A stretch of 36,615 nucleotides of DNA, taken from assembly GCA_049515915.1 (NCBI GenBank), contig JBEKTP010000008.1:1-36615 (forward strand), given 5' to 3'. The stretch comes from Patescibacteria group bacterium. Lineage in GTDB: Bacteria; Patescibacteriota; UBA1384; UBA12157; JAENIV01. Below, in pieces: positions 16,871-24,346 of the stretch. Both the position numbers and the translations under genes were made by a program. The notes beneath the pieces were generated by a model. That model was given only the letters and a program-made list of their open reading frames with translations, was not told where the DNA came from and searched no databases. Each line of letters opens with the position of its first letter. The first letter of the stretch is position 1.

Positions 16871-17741
16871 TTGTTTTAATTCCTCTACCCTCAACTTCTT
16901 CTTTAAATTGATCCAGGCCCATATTGGACATTCTCAGTCGTGGCAGCTCGAATAAATTTGATTTTTCATTGGCGATTCCGAATTGGGTGGTAGTGGCATC
17001 AACGTAGCCTGCCTCTTTGACAAGATTTTCAACGGCTAAATTAAATTTACCCGATGGATAACAAAAAGTTTGGGCGTTCTCTTTGGAATTAAAAATTTGA
17101 TGACGGGCTTCAATTAAATTTACTTTAGTTAAATCTTGATGATTGAGGGTGTGGGACCCGATTTCCATGCCCGCCGCCGCCATCTGGTCAATTTGATTTT
17201 GGGTAACATAGCGGTTTTCTCCAACAAAATTGCGAATGATGTAAAATGTACCATAAAATTGATATTTTTCAAGGATCGGAAAAACGGTCGAATAAGCATC
17301 GTCATACCCGTCGTCGAAAGTTAGAGCAATTGGCTTATCATGCTCGGCATAAATTTCGCTAATTTCTTTTTTATTGGGGTCGGCTAAATCGCTCATTTTA
17401 ATTGAAATATAGCTGTTTTCTTTTAGCCAGCGGACTTGATTTTCGAAAATTTCGGGGCTGACGGAAAGTCTTTGCCCGGCGATATCAGCTGGAGCGGGGC
17501 GGATATAGTGATACATTAAAATTGGTACTTCATAACTTTCAACTTGAGGTGGTAGCGTTGGGGTGGGAGTTACTAAGGGAATTACTGAGGGCGTTGGAGC
17601 AACTGTCGTAATCGTAACGCGCGTTTCTTTTTGATGAGCATAAATACCGAAAGCTAAAACAATCAAAGAAAAAATAATATAAACATAAAATATTTGGAGT
17701 TTGTACCGGTTGTAATAGCGCTTAATATTTTTTTTCATCAC
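16851..17741 (-). CDS. Membrane-anchored polysaccharide deacetylase (CE4/NodB)
   Basis: N-terminal TM, PT-rich linker, PILMYH, LTFDDGY, IGSHT.NH and YPSG motifs; start is GTG 17741 or ATG 17738. Confidence 0.9.
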   Translation of the reverse strand: MMKKNIKRYYNRYKLQIFYVYIIFSLIVLAFGIYAHQKETRVTITTVAPTPSVIPLVTPTPTLPPQVESYEVPILMYHYIRPAPADIAGQRLSVSPEIFENQVRWLKENSYISIKMSDLADPNKKEISEIYAEHDKPIALTFDDGYDDAYSTVFPILEKYQFYGTFYIIRNFVGENRYVTQNQIDQMAAAGMEIGSHTLNHQDLTKVNLIEARHQIFNSKENAQTFCYPSGKFNLAVENLVKEAGYVDATTTQFGIANEKSNLFELPRLRMSNMGLDQFKEEVEGRGIKTNDPKTL

Positions 17742-17762
17742 TTATTTAAGTATATCATTATT

Positions 17763-20700
17763 TTATTCGCAAAGTTCAAAATATTCACAACGCGAATTGT
17801 ATTTTCGACAGCTTTTTTTGTTTTTAGGGAAATCGTGTTTGATAATTTGGCCGTAGGTTTTTATAACAAGCTCTTTAAACTTTTGATACTCGCGCTGATC
17901 GATCGGTACAGCGGTTTTATAGAATTTATTGTTTTTGGGATGTAAAAAATCGAACTCCACCGTTGTAATTTGCCATTTAAATAAAGGATCATTTTCCGAA
18001 AGCAATTTGTAAAAAAATGCTTGGTAAAGTTCGTCGAGTCGATTTTCTTTGGTTTGACCCAAAAGTTGATTGAGTGACTTTGGCGCCGAAGTTTTATAGT
18101 CGACAATTTTGACCCGATTTGAAATACCGTCGATCAGTTCGATTTTGTCGATAATGCCGCTGATGGGAATTTGGCTAAAATGAACGTCGTGATGTCGAAA
18201 GTTATATTCGCAGTGGATCGGCGGACCGATTTTCCGAAAGGATTCTTTATAAAAATCATAATATTTTTCTAGAACCTTAGATCCCTGACTTTCTGCCCGG
18301 CGTAAGTCGTCGGAAGATAAAATTTCCAGCTTCAGCGCTTCTAAATAAGCACCAACTAAAAAATGTTTAGGTGGTAATTTGAGTTCCTGGCGATATTTTT
18401 TAAAGAATTTTTCTAGCGCGGTATGGACGGCTGTGCCGTAACATTGATTAAAATCTTTTACTTTAGGTACTCGAAGTAGTTGATTTAAAAGAAAGCTATA
18501 TGGGCATTCAAGATAAGCATTAAACGAAGTGGCACTTAATATAAAGTTTTCGATTAAACTGTCTAGGAAATCTTTTAATGCTTGGGTGTGAGTCCACTTT
18601 TTTTTGTCGAATGAAAGGCGGAGTCGGCTTTCAAATTGCGTTTCGTATTTTTTAGAATCAATTGTTAAAAAAGTCGAAGGCAATTCGGTAACAAATTTTG
18701 AAGGGATGGCTAGCGTGCCATCTAGAATTTCTCCATAGGAGGTAGCGGAACTTAAATAAACCAATTTTTTAGCTCGTGTCATGGCCACATAAAAGAGCCG
18801 GCGCTCTTCTTCATCGTTTTCATCGGCCGCCGTCGGATATTTTATCAACCGTGTTGGGAGTTTAATTAATTCTCGTTTAGTCGTGTTTCCCCAATGTTTG
18901 TCGGAAAGATGAATGATAAAAACGGCCGTAAACTCAAGACCTTTGGCTTTATGAGCGGTCATCAGATGAACACCTTCGTAATCAGAATCGAGCGACTGTT
19001 CTTTGATTTTTATTTGATTTTCATTTAGGGCTAAGAGATATTCTAAAAATCCTTTGAGATTTAGATTTTTATTGCGCACATTCAATTTTTTTATTTCACT
19101 AAACAACGATTGCAAACGGTTAAGATGATGAACAGCGTCTTCGAGCTTCAGTAAATACTCCAAGTATCCAGTTTCATTAATAACCTTGTCGAAAAACGAG
19201 GCAAAAGTATTGTTGTTGGCAAAGGCCCGGAGATTAAGCAGGAGTTGAGTGAGTTGTTTGATATTTTTAGCTTTGGAAAGTTTGACCTCATTTATTTTTT
19301 CGGATGTGATGAAATCAAAAATATGAGTTTTATTTTTCCCGGCGGCATTGGTGATTCTATAAACGTCAAGAGCAGGAATTTTGAAAAATAGATAATGCAT
19401 AATTTCAAATAAACCCATGTCATCATTTAAGTTTTCGATCACTCCAATCATTTTAATGATTTTATTAATTTCCGGATCTTCGAAAATGTCATCGCCCGCC
19501 TCGATTACGTACGGAATGTTTAATCGTGACAAAATGTCGATTAACTCGTCGGCATCGCGGTGTTCTTTGTATAAGACAGTAATCTCCGACGGTGAAAGAC
19601 CATTTTTAATCAGTTTTTGAATTTCTTTGGCGACAAAAAAGTTTTCAACTGCTCCACTGGAAAACTCACCGATTTGAATTTCACCTTTTGTATTGAGCTT
19701 GCTCGATAGTTTTTTACTCACCTTTAAGCGGTCGAAGATTTGATTTTTATTTTGGGAAATTAAATTTCGGGAAGCATCTAAAATTTTTTGAGCACTGCGA
19801 TAATTGTCTTTGAGCACAATAATTTTTGTGTCCGGGTGATGCTCGGAAAAAAATAAGATGTTTTCAATCGAAGCGCCTTGAAACCGAAAAATCGATTGTT
19901 CATCGTCGCCGACAACAAAAATATTGGGCGATGCGTGAAAACCTCCAAGCAATTCGACAATTTCGTTTTGAGCGTTATTCGTGTCTTGATATTCGTCAAC
20001 TAAAATATATTGAAATTGTTCTTGGTAATAACTAAGAATTTCTTGATCATTTTTAAAAGCATTGAGAACAAATAAAATCATGTCTGAAAAATCATAGCGA
20101 CCATGATTTTCAAGGTGTGTTTGATATTTCTGGTAGATTTTTTGAAGCTCTCTGTTTTTTTGGATTTGTTTTTGAAGATTTTCTAAGGCTATCTTGGTGG
20201 TTTTACCTTCTTTGGTTTTAATTTTAAGATCGCTAAAATCCTCTGAAATCACTTTTTTAAAATCGGCCGGGGTTACTCCTTCTTGTTTTAGGTCACCGAT
20301 GGCTTTAATAATGGCATGGTCGTAGTAGAACGGTGACTTTAGCGGCTTTAAATATTTTATATCGCTTTTATTTAAAATATCCTGGATCAATAAAATCTGC
20401 TCTAAATCGGTGAGTTGGTTGAGTTCTTTAGCGAGAATAAATTTATCAGGAAAGTTGTTAATAATCTCGTTGCAAAAAGAGTGAAAAGTGTGGACGTGTA
20501 CGTTATAGCTTTCAGGGCCAATAATTTCCAAAAGCCGTTTTTTAATCTGATAAACACCGGAATTAGTAAAGGTTAGCGCTAAAATATTCGAGGGGTTAGC
20601 TTGTACTCTTTTTAAAATATTAGCCACTCGCATGGCCAAAATTTGCGTTTTGCCGGTGCCGGGTCCGGCAATAACCATCACCGGTCCTTCAATTTCCTCG

Positions 20701-20765
20701 ACGGCTTCTTTTTGCTCGGAATTTAAGTGCTTATATTCGGACTCAAATTTCTTTTGGTAGTCCAT
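17763..20765 (-). CDS. UvrD/PcrA-type SF1 helicase fused to a C-terminal PD-(D/E)xK nuclease with probable Fe-S cysteines (AdnA/B-like)
   Basis: AGPGTGKT, VDEYQDTN, VGDDEQSIFRFQGA, TAHKAKGLEF, EERRLFYVAMTRAK; nuclease GIIDKIE..VDYKT..Q...Y; CPY plus terminal C-x6-C-x5-C. Confidence 0.92.
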   Translation of the reverse strand: MDYQKKFESEYKHLNSEQKEAVEEIEGPVMVIAGPGTGKTQILAMRVANILKRVQANPSNILALTFTNSGVYQIKKRLLEIIGPESYNVHVHTFHSFCNEIINNFPDKFILAKELNQLTDLEQILLIQDILNKSDIKYLKPLKSPFYYDHAIIKAIGDLKQEGVTPADFKKVISEDFSDLKIKTKEGKTTKIALENLQKQIQKNRELQKIYQKYQTHLENHGRYDFSDMILFVLNAFKNDQEILSYYQEQFQYILVDEYQDTNNAQNEIVELLGGFHASPNIFVVGDDEQSIFRFQGASIENILFFSEHHPDTKIIVLKDNYRSAQKILDASRNLISQNKNQIFDRLKVSKKLSSKLNTKGEIQIGEFSSGAVENFFVAKEIQKLIKNGLSPSEITVLYKEHRDADELIDILSRLNIPYVIEAGDDIFEDPEINKIIKMIGVIENLNDDMGLFEIMHYLFFKIPALDVYRITNAAGKNKTHIFDFITSEKINEVKLSKAKNIKQLTQLLLNLRAFANNNTFASFFDKVINETGYLEYLLKLEDAVHHLNRLQSLFSEIKKLNVRNKNLNLKGFLEYLLALNENQIKIKEQSLDSDYEGVHLMTAHKAKGLEFTAVFIIHLSDKHWGNTTKRELIKLPTRLIKYPTAADENDEEERRLFYVAMTRAKKLVYLSSATSYGEILDGTLAIPSKFVTELPSTFLTIDSKKYETQFESRLRLSFDKKKWTHTQALKDFLDSLIENFILSATSFNAYLECPYSFLLNQLLRVPKVKDFNQCYGTAVHTALEKFFKKYRQELKLPPKHFLVGAYLEALKLEILSSDDLRRAESQGSKVLEKYYDFYKESFRKIGPPIHCEYNFRHHDVHFSQIPISGIIDKIELIDGISNRVKIVDYKTSAPKSLNQLLGQTKENRLDELYQAFFYKLLSENDPLFKWQITTVEFDFLHPKNNKFYKTAVPIDQREYQKFKELVIKTYGQIIKHDFPKNKKSCRKYNSRCEYFELCE

Positions 20766-20766
20766 T

Positions 20767-21981
20767 TTATTCAAAAAGTTGAAACTGATCCTTTGGATCT
20801 TTTGATTTGTCGATCGGCGCTTTAGGAGTTTTGAGTTTGGTTTCTTCTTCTAAATCAGCGGCAGCCGTTTCAAGCTCAAGAATTTCTACCGTTGGCAAAT
20901 TTAAGCCGGCAATTCCTTGAATATCACCAAACATTTTGACAGTATTTTCAGAGAGGCGGGTGATCTGTGATTCGCGGGCCGACCAAATTTTTTTCATGGC
21001 AAGTTGTTCTTTTTCGAGCGACGACTTCATATTTATAAAGTTTTCGACGATTGATTCGATCCGGCCGGCAAAAGTTTGGCTGGTTAAATAACGGTATAAA
21101 ATATCTTTCTTTTCTTCCTTACCGCTTTGAGCGGCAATTGATTTATGAACGGCAATGAGCTGATTTCGAAGCGCAATTGTTAATCCAATCACCGATGAAA
21201 AATCGCAGACCCAAATTCCTTTGTAAATACCAAAACGAAAGATTTCTTTGGGTAAAACGTTCGAAACTAACACGCAAATATTGGCTTTAATGTTGCGGCC
21301 ATCATCTTTGAGTTTTTGGACCCAATCCTCTGTCCAGTTTTGGGTGCGTTTCGACTCCCACGCAATAATACCAACGGAGGTGTGGGTTTTGTCCAAAACA
21401 GTATGCGTAATATCAGCGCCCGAAATCCCTTTTGGTACCGGATCAATAATGTCGGTCGGAAAACGTGTTTTAAGCGATTCTTCCAAAGAGAGCTCTAACA
21501 CCTCGCCTTGAGTCTGCATCGAACCCTGCTGGGCTTTACGTTGCGCTTCGGCTAGAGCCTTTTTGGTATCTTCGAGTTGTTTTTGAAGTTCTAAATTTTT
21601 AAAGTCTTGTTTTTCGGCTTCTTCTTTCCGGATTTTTTCTTCGATTAATTTACGCTCTAGAGCTACCTGCCGTGCAATTTCGAGTTCCTGTTTTTTGAGT
21701 TTGTCTTCGAGCTCGTTTTGAATTTTTAAAAATTCAAGTTCTTTTTTCTCGGCGGCTTGACGTTTGGCTTCTTCGAAGACTAGTTTTTCTTTGATTTCTT
21801 TTAAGGATTCGGCTTGTTCGGCTTCGTATTTTTTTTTAAATTCTTCAATTAAAATATTTTTCTCAGCTTCCAGTTTTTTACTCACTTTTTCATCAACCTG
21901 CTCGTTGAGTTGGTGAGATAAAACTTCGGTAATGGGAATTTGAGTACCGCATTTGGGACATTTGATTTTATTTTCAGCCAT
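20767..21981 (-). CDS. DUF2130-like protein (Zn ribbon, coiled coil, nuclease-like C-terminal domain)
   Basis: IKCPKCG; long E/K coiled coil; QGSMQTQGEVLE; GAD...WESKRT..W...W..KLK.D. Confidence 0.85.
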   Translation of the reverse strand: MAENKIKCPKCGTQIPITEVLSHQLNEQVDEKVSKKLEAEKNILIEEFKKKYEAEQAESLKEIKEKLVFEEAKRQAAEKKELEFLKIQNELEDKLKKQELEIARQVALERKLIEEKIRKEEAEKQDFKNLELQKQLEDTKKALAEAQRKAQQGSMQTQGEVLELSLEESLKTRFPTDIIDPVPKGISGADITHTVLDKTHTSVGIIAWESKRTQNWTEDWVQKLKDDGRNIKANICVLVSNVLPKEIFRFGIYKGIWVCDFSSVIGLTIALRNQLIAVHKSIAAQSGKEEKKDILYRYLTSQTFAGRIESIVENFINMKSSLEKEQLAMKKIWSARESQITRLSENTVKMFGDIQGIAGLNLPTVEILELETAAADLEEETKLKTPKAPIDKSKDPKDQFQLFE

Positions 21982-22005
21982 CTTAAACCTTTCTAAATCT
22001 TTTCA

Positions 22006-22033
22006 ATTGTAACAGGATTAAAAATAAATACAA
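22006..22033 (-). promoter_or_regulatory. Promoter for the DUF2130-helicase operon
   Basis: TTGTAT, 16 bp, TACAAT with extended TG; AGAAAGG SD before ATG 21981. Confidence 0.5.
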
Positions 22034-22075
22034 AAAAATTACGTAGTACTTAAAGCCGGTGATCGTTATAAAGTA

Positions 22076-22104
22076 TTGACAACAAGAGGCTTTTTTGCTA
22101 TAAT
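22076..22104 (+). promoter_or_regulatory. Perfect-consensus sigma70 promoter with no downstream ORF
   Basis: TTGACA (22076-22081), 17 bp, TATAAT (22099-22104), with extended TG. Confidence 0.85.
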
Positions 22105-22110
22105 GCTATT

Positions 22111-22220
22111 ACCGAAGTTGAGATGATCAGATAAGGGTGCAGATCATCAAAATCAGAGTCCTGTTTGGCGATTTAGGTTTTCCCCTCCTTGCCTTTTTCG
22201 CCAACAGGACTCTGATTTTA
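22111..22220 (+). ncRNA. Candidate small RNA with two hairpins and an anti-SD loop; the large hairpin may also terminate the convergent thioredoxin gene
   Basis: GATGATC/GATCATC stem, then a 22-bp stem with a 1-nt bulge (22149-22171 with 22198-22219) enclosing CCCCTCCTT; the only ATG reads Met-Ile-Arg-stop. Confidence 0.5.
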
Positions 22221-22224
22221 TTAT

Positions 22225-22545
22225 CTAAAGAATCTTATTAATTTTGGCTTCGATGACTTTTTGATTAGTGGAGCCAATAATTTGATCAGCCACTTTTTTC
22301 TCTTTAAAGATTAAAATATTTGGTAGACTCATGACGCCGTATTGCGAAGAAATGCCGGGATTTTCGACAACATTTACTTTAAAGAATTTGGCCTTTTCGT
22401 TCATCGCCCCACTTATTTTATCAAGTATCGGCATCACCGCATGGCAGGTATGACACCATGGCGCCCAAAAACCGACGACCGTTACTCCTTTACCAATTTT
22501 TTCGCGAAACTCCCCTTCCCTCAAATCTTGGATTTGAATTGCCAA
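22225..22545 (-). CDS. Thioredoxin-family protein (WCHTC active site)
   Basis: FWAPWCHTC, FFKVNV and YGVMSLP (cis-Pro); TTG start with AAAGGAGAGG SD, overlapping the upstream gene by 25 bp. Confidence 0.88.
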   Translation of the reverse strand: MAIQIQDLREGEFREKIGKGVTVVGFWAPWCHTCHAVMPILDKISGAMNEKAKFFKVNVVENPGISSQYGVMSLPNILIFKEKKVADQIIGSTNQKVIEAKINKIL

Positions 22546-23075
22546 TTTCCTCTCCTTTTAGTGATCCACATATTTACTAATTCATAAGCGCCAAAGAGCG
22601 CCCCGACGTAAAAAAGATCGCCCAAAGCCGTATTTCTAAAAAACGGCAAGCCCATTATATAGCAGTCTATAAGACCTTGCCAAGTTTTTGGGTACATTAC
22701 AAATGATCCGGGAAAAGCCCAGACAGCGAAGTTGGTAATAAGGAAAAAAATGATTGAACCAAACAAAGTGGTGATAACTAAATTACCAATCGTATGATGT
22801 TTTTTAAGCCAAATTCCCAAAGTTCCGATTAAAATAAAACTGCCGTAAACCGAAGCCATTACGACCGGATTGTAAAAACCGATGATCAAATCGGAAATCA
22901 ACATCGCGCCGAGGGCAACGAAAAGCGAATATTTTCGGTTGAGATAAAATCCGCTAAATAAAGCAATCGCCGCGACAGGTGTGAAGTTTGCTAAATGCGG
23001 AATTTGGTGAAGGGCAGGAACATAAGGGATTATTCTGATAAAAACCGCCATTAAAATAAAAACAATTGGTAGCAA
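22521..23075 (-). CDS. DUF6580-like membrane protein, probable ECF S-component-type cobalamin transporter
   Basis: 184 aa with ~6 hydrophobic helices; R..P....PH.ANFTPVAAIALF, SD...GFY, FFLITNFAVW and Y..GLPFFRN motifs; downstream of a cobalamin riboswitch. Confidence 0.75.
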   Translation of the reverse strand: MLPIVFILMAVFIRIIPYVPALHQIPHLANFTPVAAIALFSGFYLNRKYSLFVALGAMLISDLIIGFYNPVVMASVYGSFILIGTLGIWLKKHHTIGNLVITTLFGSIIFFLITNFAVWAFPGSFVMYPKTWQGLIDCYIMGLPFFRNTALGDLFYVGALFGAYELVNMWITKRRGNWQFKSKI

Positions 23076-23084
23076 ATTTTCCTC

Positions 23085-23492
23085 CTACTGGAATGTCTGA
23101 AATCGCCACTCAATTTTATCGCCATTTTTGGTCACGAACTGGTCAGCCCCGGTCGAAGCAAGCTGGCCATTAACGTAAAACATCCAATAGGTGTTGTCGG
23201 TGTTGACGGTACCGTCAATAGAAGTGACAAAAGAGCCTGTCGAAGAATCTTCGGTTTCAACTTTATGACTGGCCTTTAACAAATCTAAAGCGTTTTTGCC
23301 GTCCTGGCCGTTATAAGCAATAGTTTGTTGAGTCACCGGCGTTGATTGGACTTCGATGCCATTGACTGATTGATTAGCCTGGCGGTTTTTAACGTAACCT
23401 CCAAGGAGGCTGCCGCCGACAATGACGATAATAAATAATAGTGCGGCCGCCAGTAAATTAATCACCCCCCAATTTTTAAGGTTATTTTTCAT
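23085..23492 (-). CDS. Membrane-anchored DUF4430 / transcobalamin beta-domain-like protein (probable B12 binder)
   Basis: N-terminal TM; NALDLL...GSFVTSIDG......YWMFYVNG.....GAD......GDKIEW; first gene after the riboswitch; AGAAAGGA SD before ATG 23492. Confidence 0.8.
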   Translation of the reverse strand: MKNNLKNWGVINLLAAALLFIIVIVGGSLLGGYVKNRQANQSVNGIEVQSTPVTQQTIAYNGQDGKNALDLLKASHKVETEDSSTGSFVTSIDGTVNTDNTYWMFYVNGQLASTGADQFVTKNGDKIEWRFQTFQ

Positions 23493-23597
23493 TTTTTCCT
23501 TTCTGCCCACCAGCCGATTTTAAAAAGGCCCGGAAAGGGCACGTAAACTTAAAGCTCTTTCCCGAAGCGTCCCCTCACCTTTTTGGTTCGGGTTAAT

Positions 23598-23720
23598 ACT
23601 TGCTGACAGGTTTTCTGACTTGGAAGAATGTGTTCCGATCGACCAGCTAGAATTAAATTTCTTCCTCACAGTGGCGGGACCGTTCCCGATTCTCACGGGA
23701 TTGCCCATTCATCAGCAAGT
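23598..23720 (-). ncRNA. Cobalamin riboswitch
   Basis: Minus strand AATGGGCAATCCCGTGAGAATCGGGAACGGTCCCGCCACTGT and B12 box AAGTCAGAAAACCTG; closing stem ACTTGCTGA/TCAGCAAGT; downstream hairpin plus U-run (about 23520-23565) as the expression platform. Confidence 0.92.
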
Positions 23721-23738
23721 TTAATTGTTAACGATTTA

Positions 23739-23767
23739 AATCTAAAATGCGGTCAAATAATTGTCAA
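23739..23767 (-). promoter_or_regulatory. Promoter of the riboswitch-led transcript
   Basis: TTGACA, 17 bp, TAGATT, ending about 18 nt upstream of the riboswitch stem. Confidence 0.65.
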
Positions 23768-23801
23768 GTTTTAACCGAGCAACGAATATAAATAGAACAT
23801 T

Positions 23802-24326
23802 TTAGAATTCAATCCCCTCTCGAGCTTTAATGCCTTTATCAAAATAATGCTTTGATTTTTTCATCTCGGTGACAAGATCGGCGATATTTTTAAGTTTGGG
23901 ATGGGCGCGGCGGCCGGTAAGGACAATTTCGGCCTTTTGGCGAGTATTTAATATCGTGATTACGTCGTCTAGATCAATCAACCCAAAGCCGATGGCGATA
24001 TTGATTTCGTCTAAGATTATGAGATCATACTTATTTTTCTTAATAATTTCTTCAGCCCGCTTAAGAGCTTTTTGGCTGGCTTTTTGGTGCTGTTCTTGGG
24101 TATGTTTATCACCCAAGATTTTATAATATCCGATGCCGAATGATTCAATCTCAATTGGTAATTTATATTTTTTGATTGCTTTATGTTCAGAATAGTTTGG
24201 CTTTTTCATAAACTGAATTATCGCAACTTTTTTACCCGCGCCAACAGCGCGGAGCGCCAAGCCCAGCGCCGCTGTTGTCTTCCCCTTCCCATCGCCCGTA
24301 TAGACATGAATTTTGCTTTTTTTCAT
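23802..24326 (-). CDS. cobO: Cob(I)alamin adenosyltransferase, CobA/CobO/BtuR type
   Basis: IHVYTGDGKGKTTAALGLALRAVG, IQFMK, IILDEI, VLTGR, ADLVTEM and AREGIEF motifs; ATG 24326. Confidence 0.95.
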   Translation of the reverse strand: MKKSKIHVYTGDGKGKTTAALGLALRAVGAGKKVAIIQFMKKPNYSEHKAIKKYKLPIEIESFGIGYYKILGDKHTQEQHQKASQKALKRAEEIIKKNKYDLIILDEINIAIGFGLIDLDDVITILNTRQKAEIVLTGRRAHPKLKNIADLVTEMKKSKHYFDKGIKAREGIEF

Positions 24327-24346
24327 TATATGTTTGACTGAGTTGA

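Noticed and set aside
22111-22220. Identity as SRP RNA, 6S RNA or tRNA
   Set aside because: No SRP domain IV motif with GNRA loop, too short and without the central bubble of 6S, and no cloverleaf or T-loop.
23520-23708. 62-aa minus-strand ORF (MGNPVRIGNGPATV...)
   Set aside because: It is a chance translation of the cobalamin riboswitch and its expression platform.
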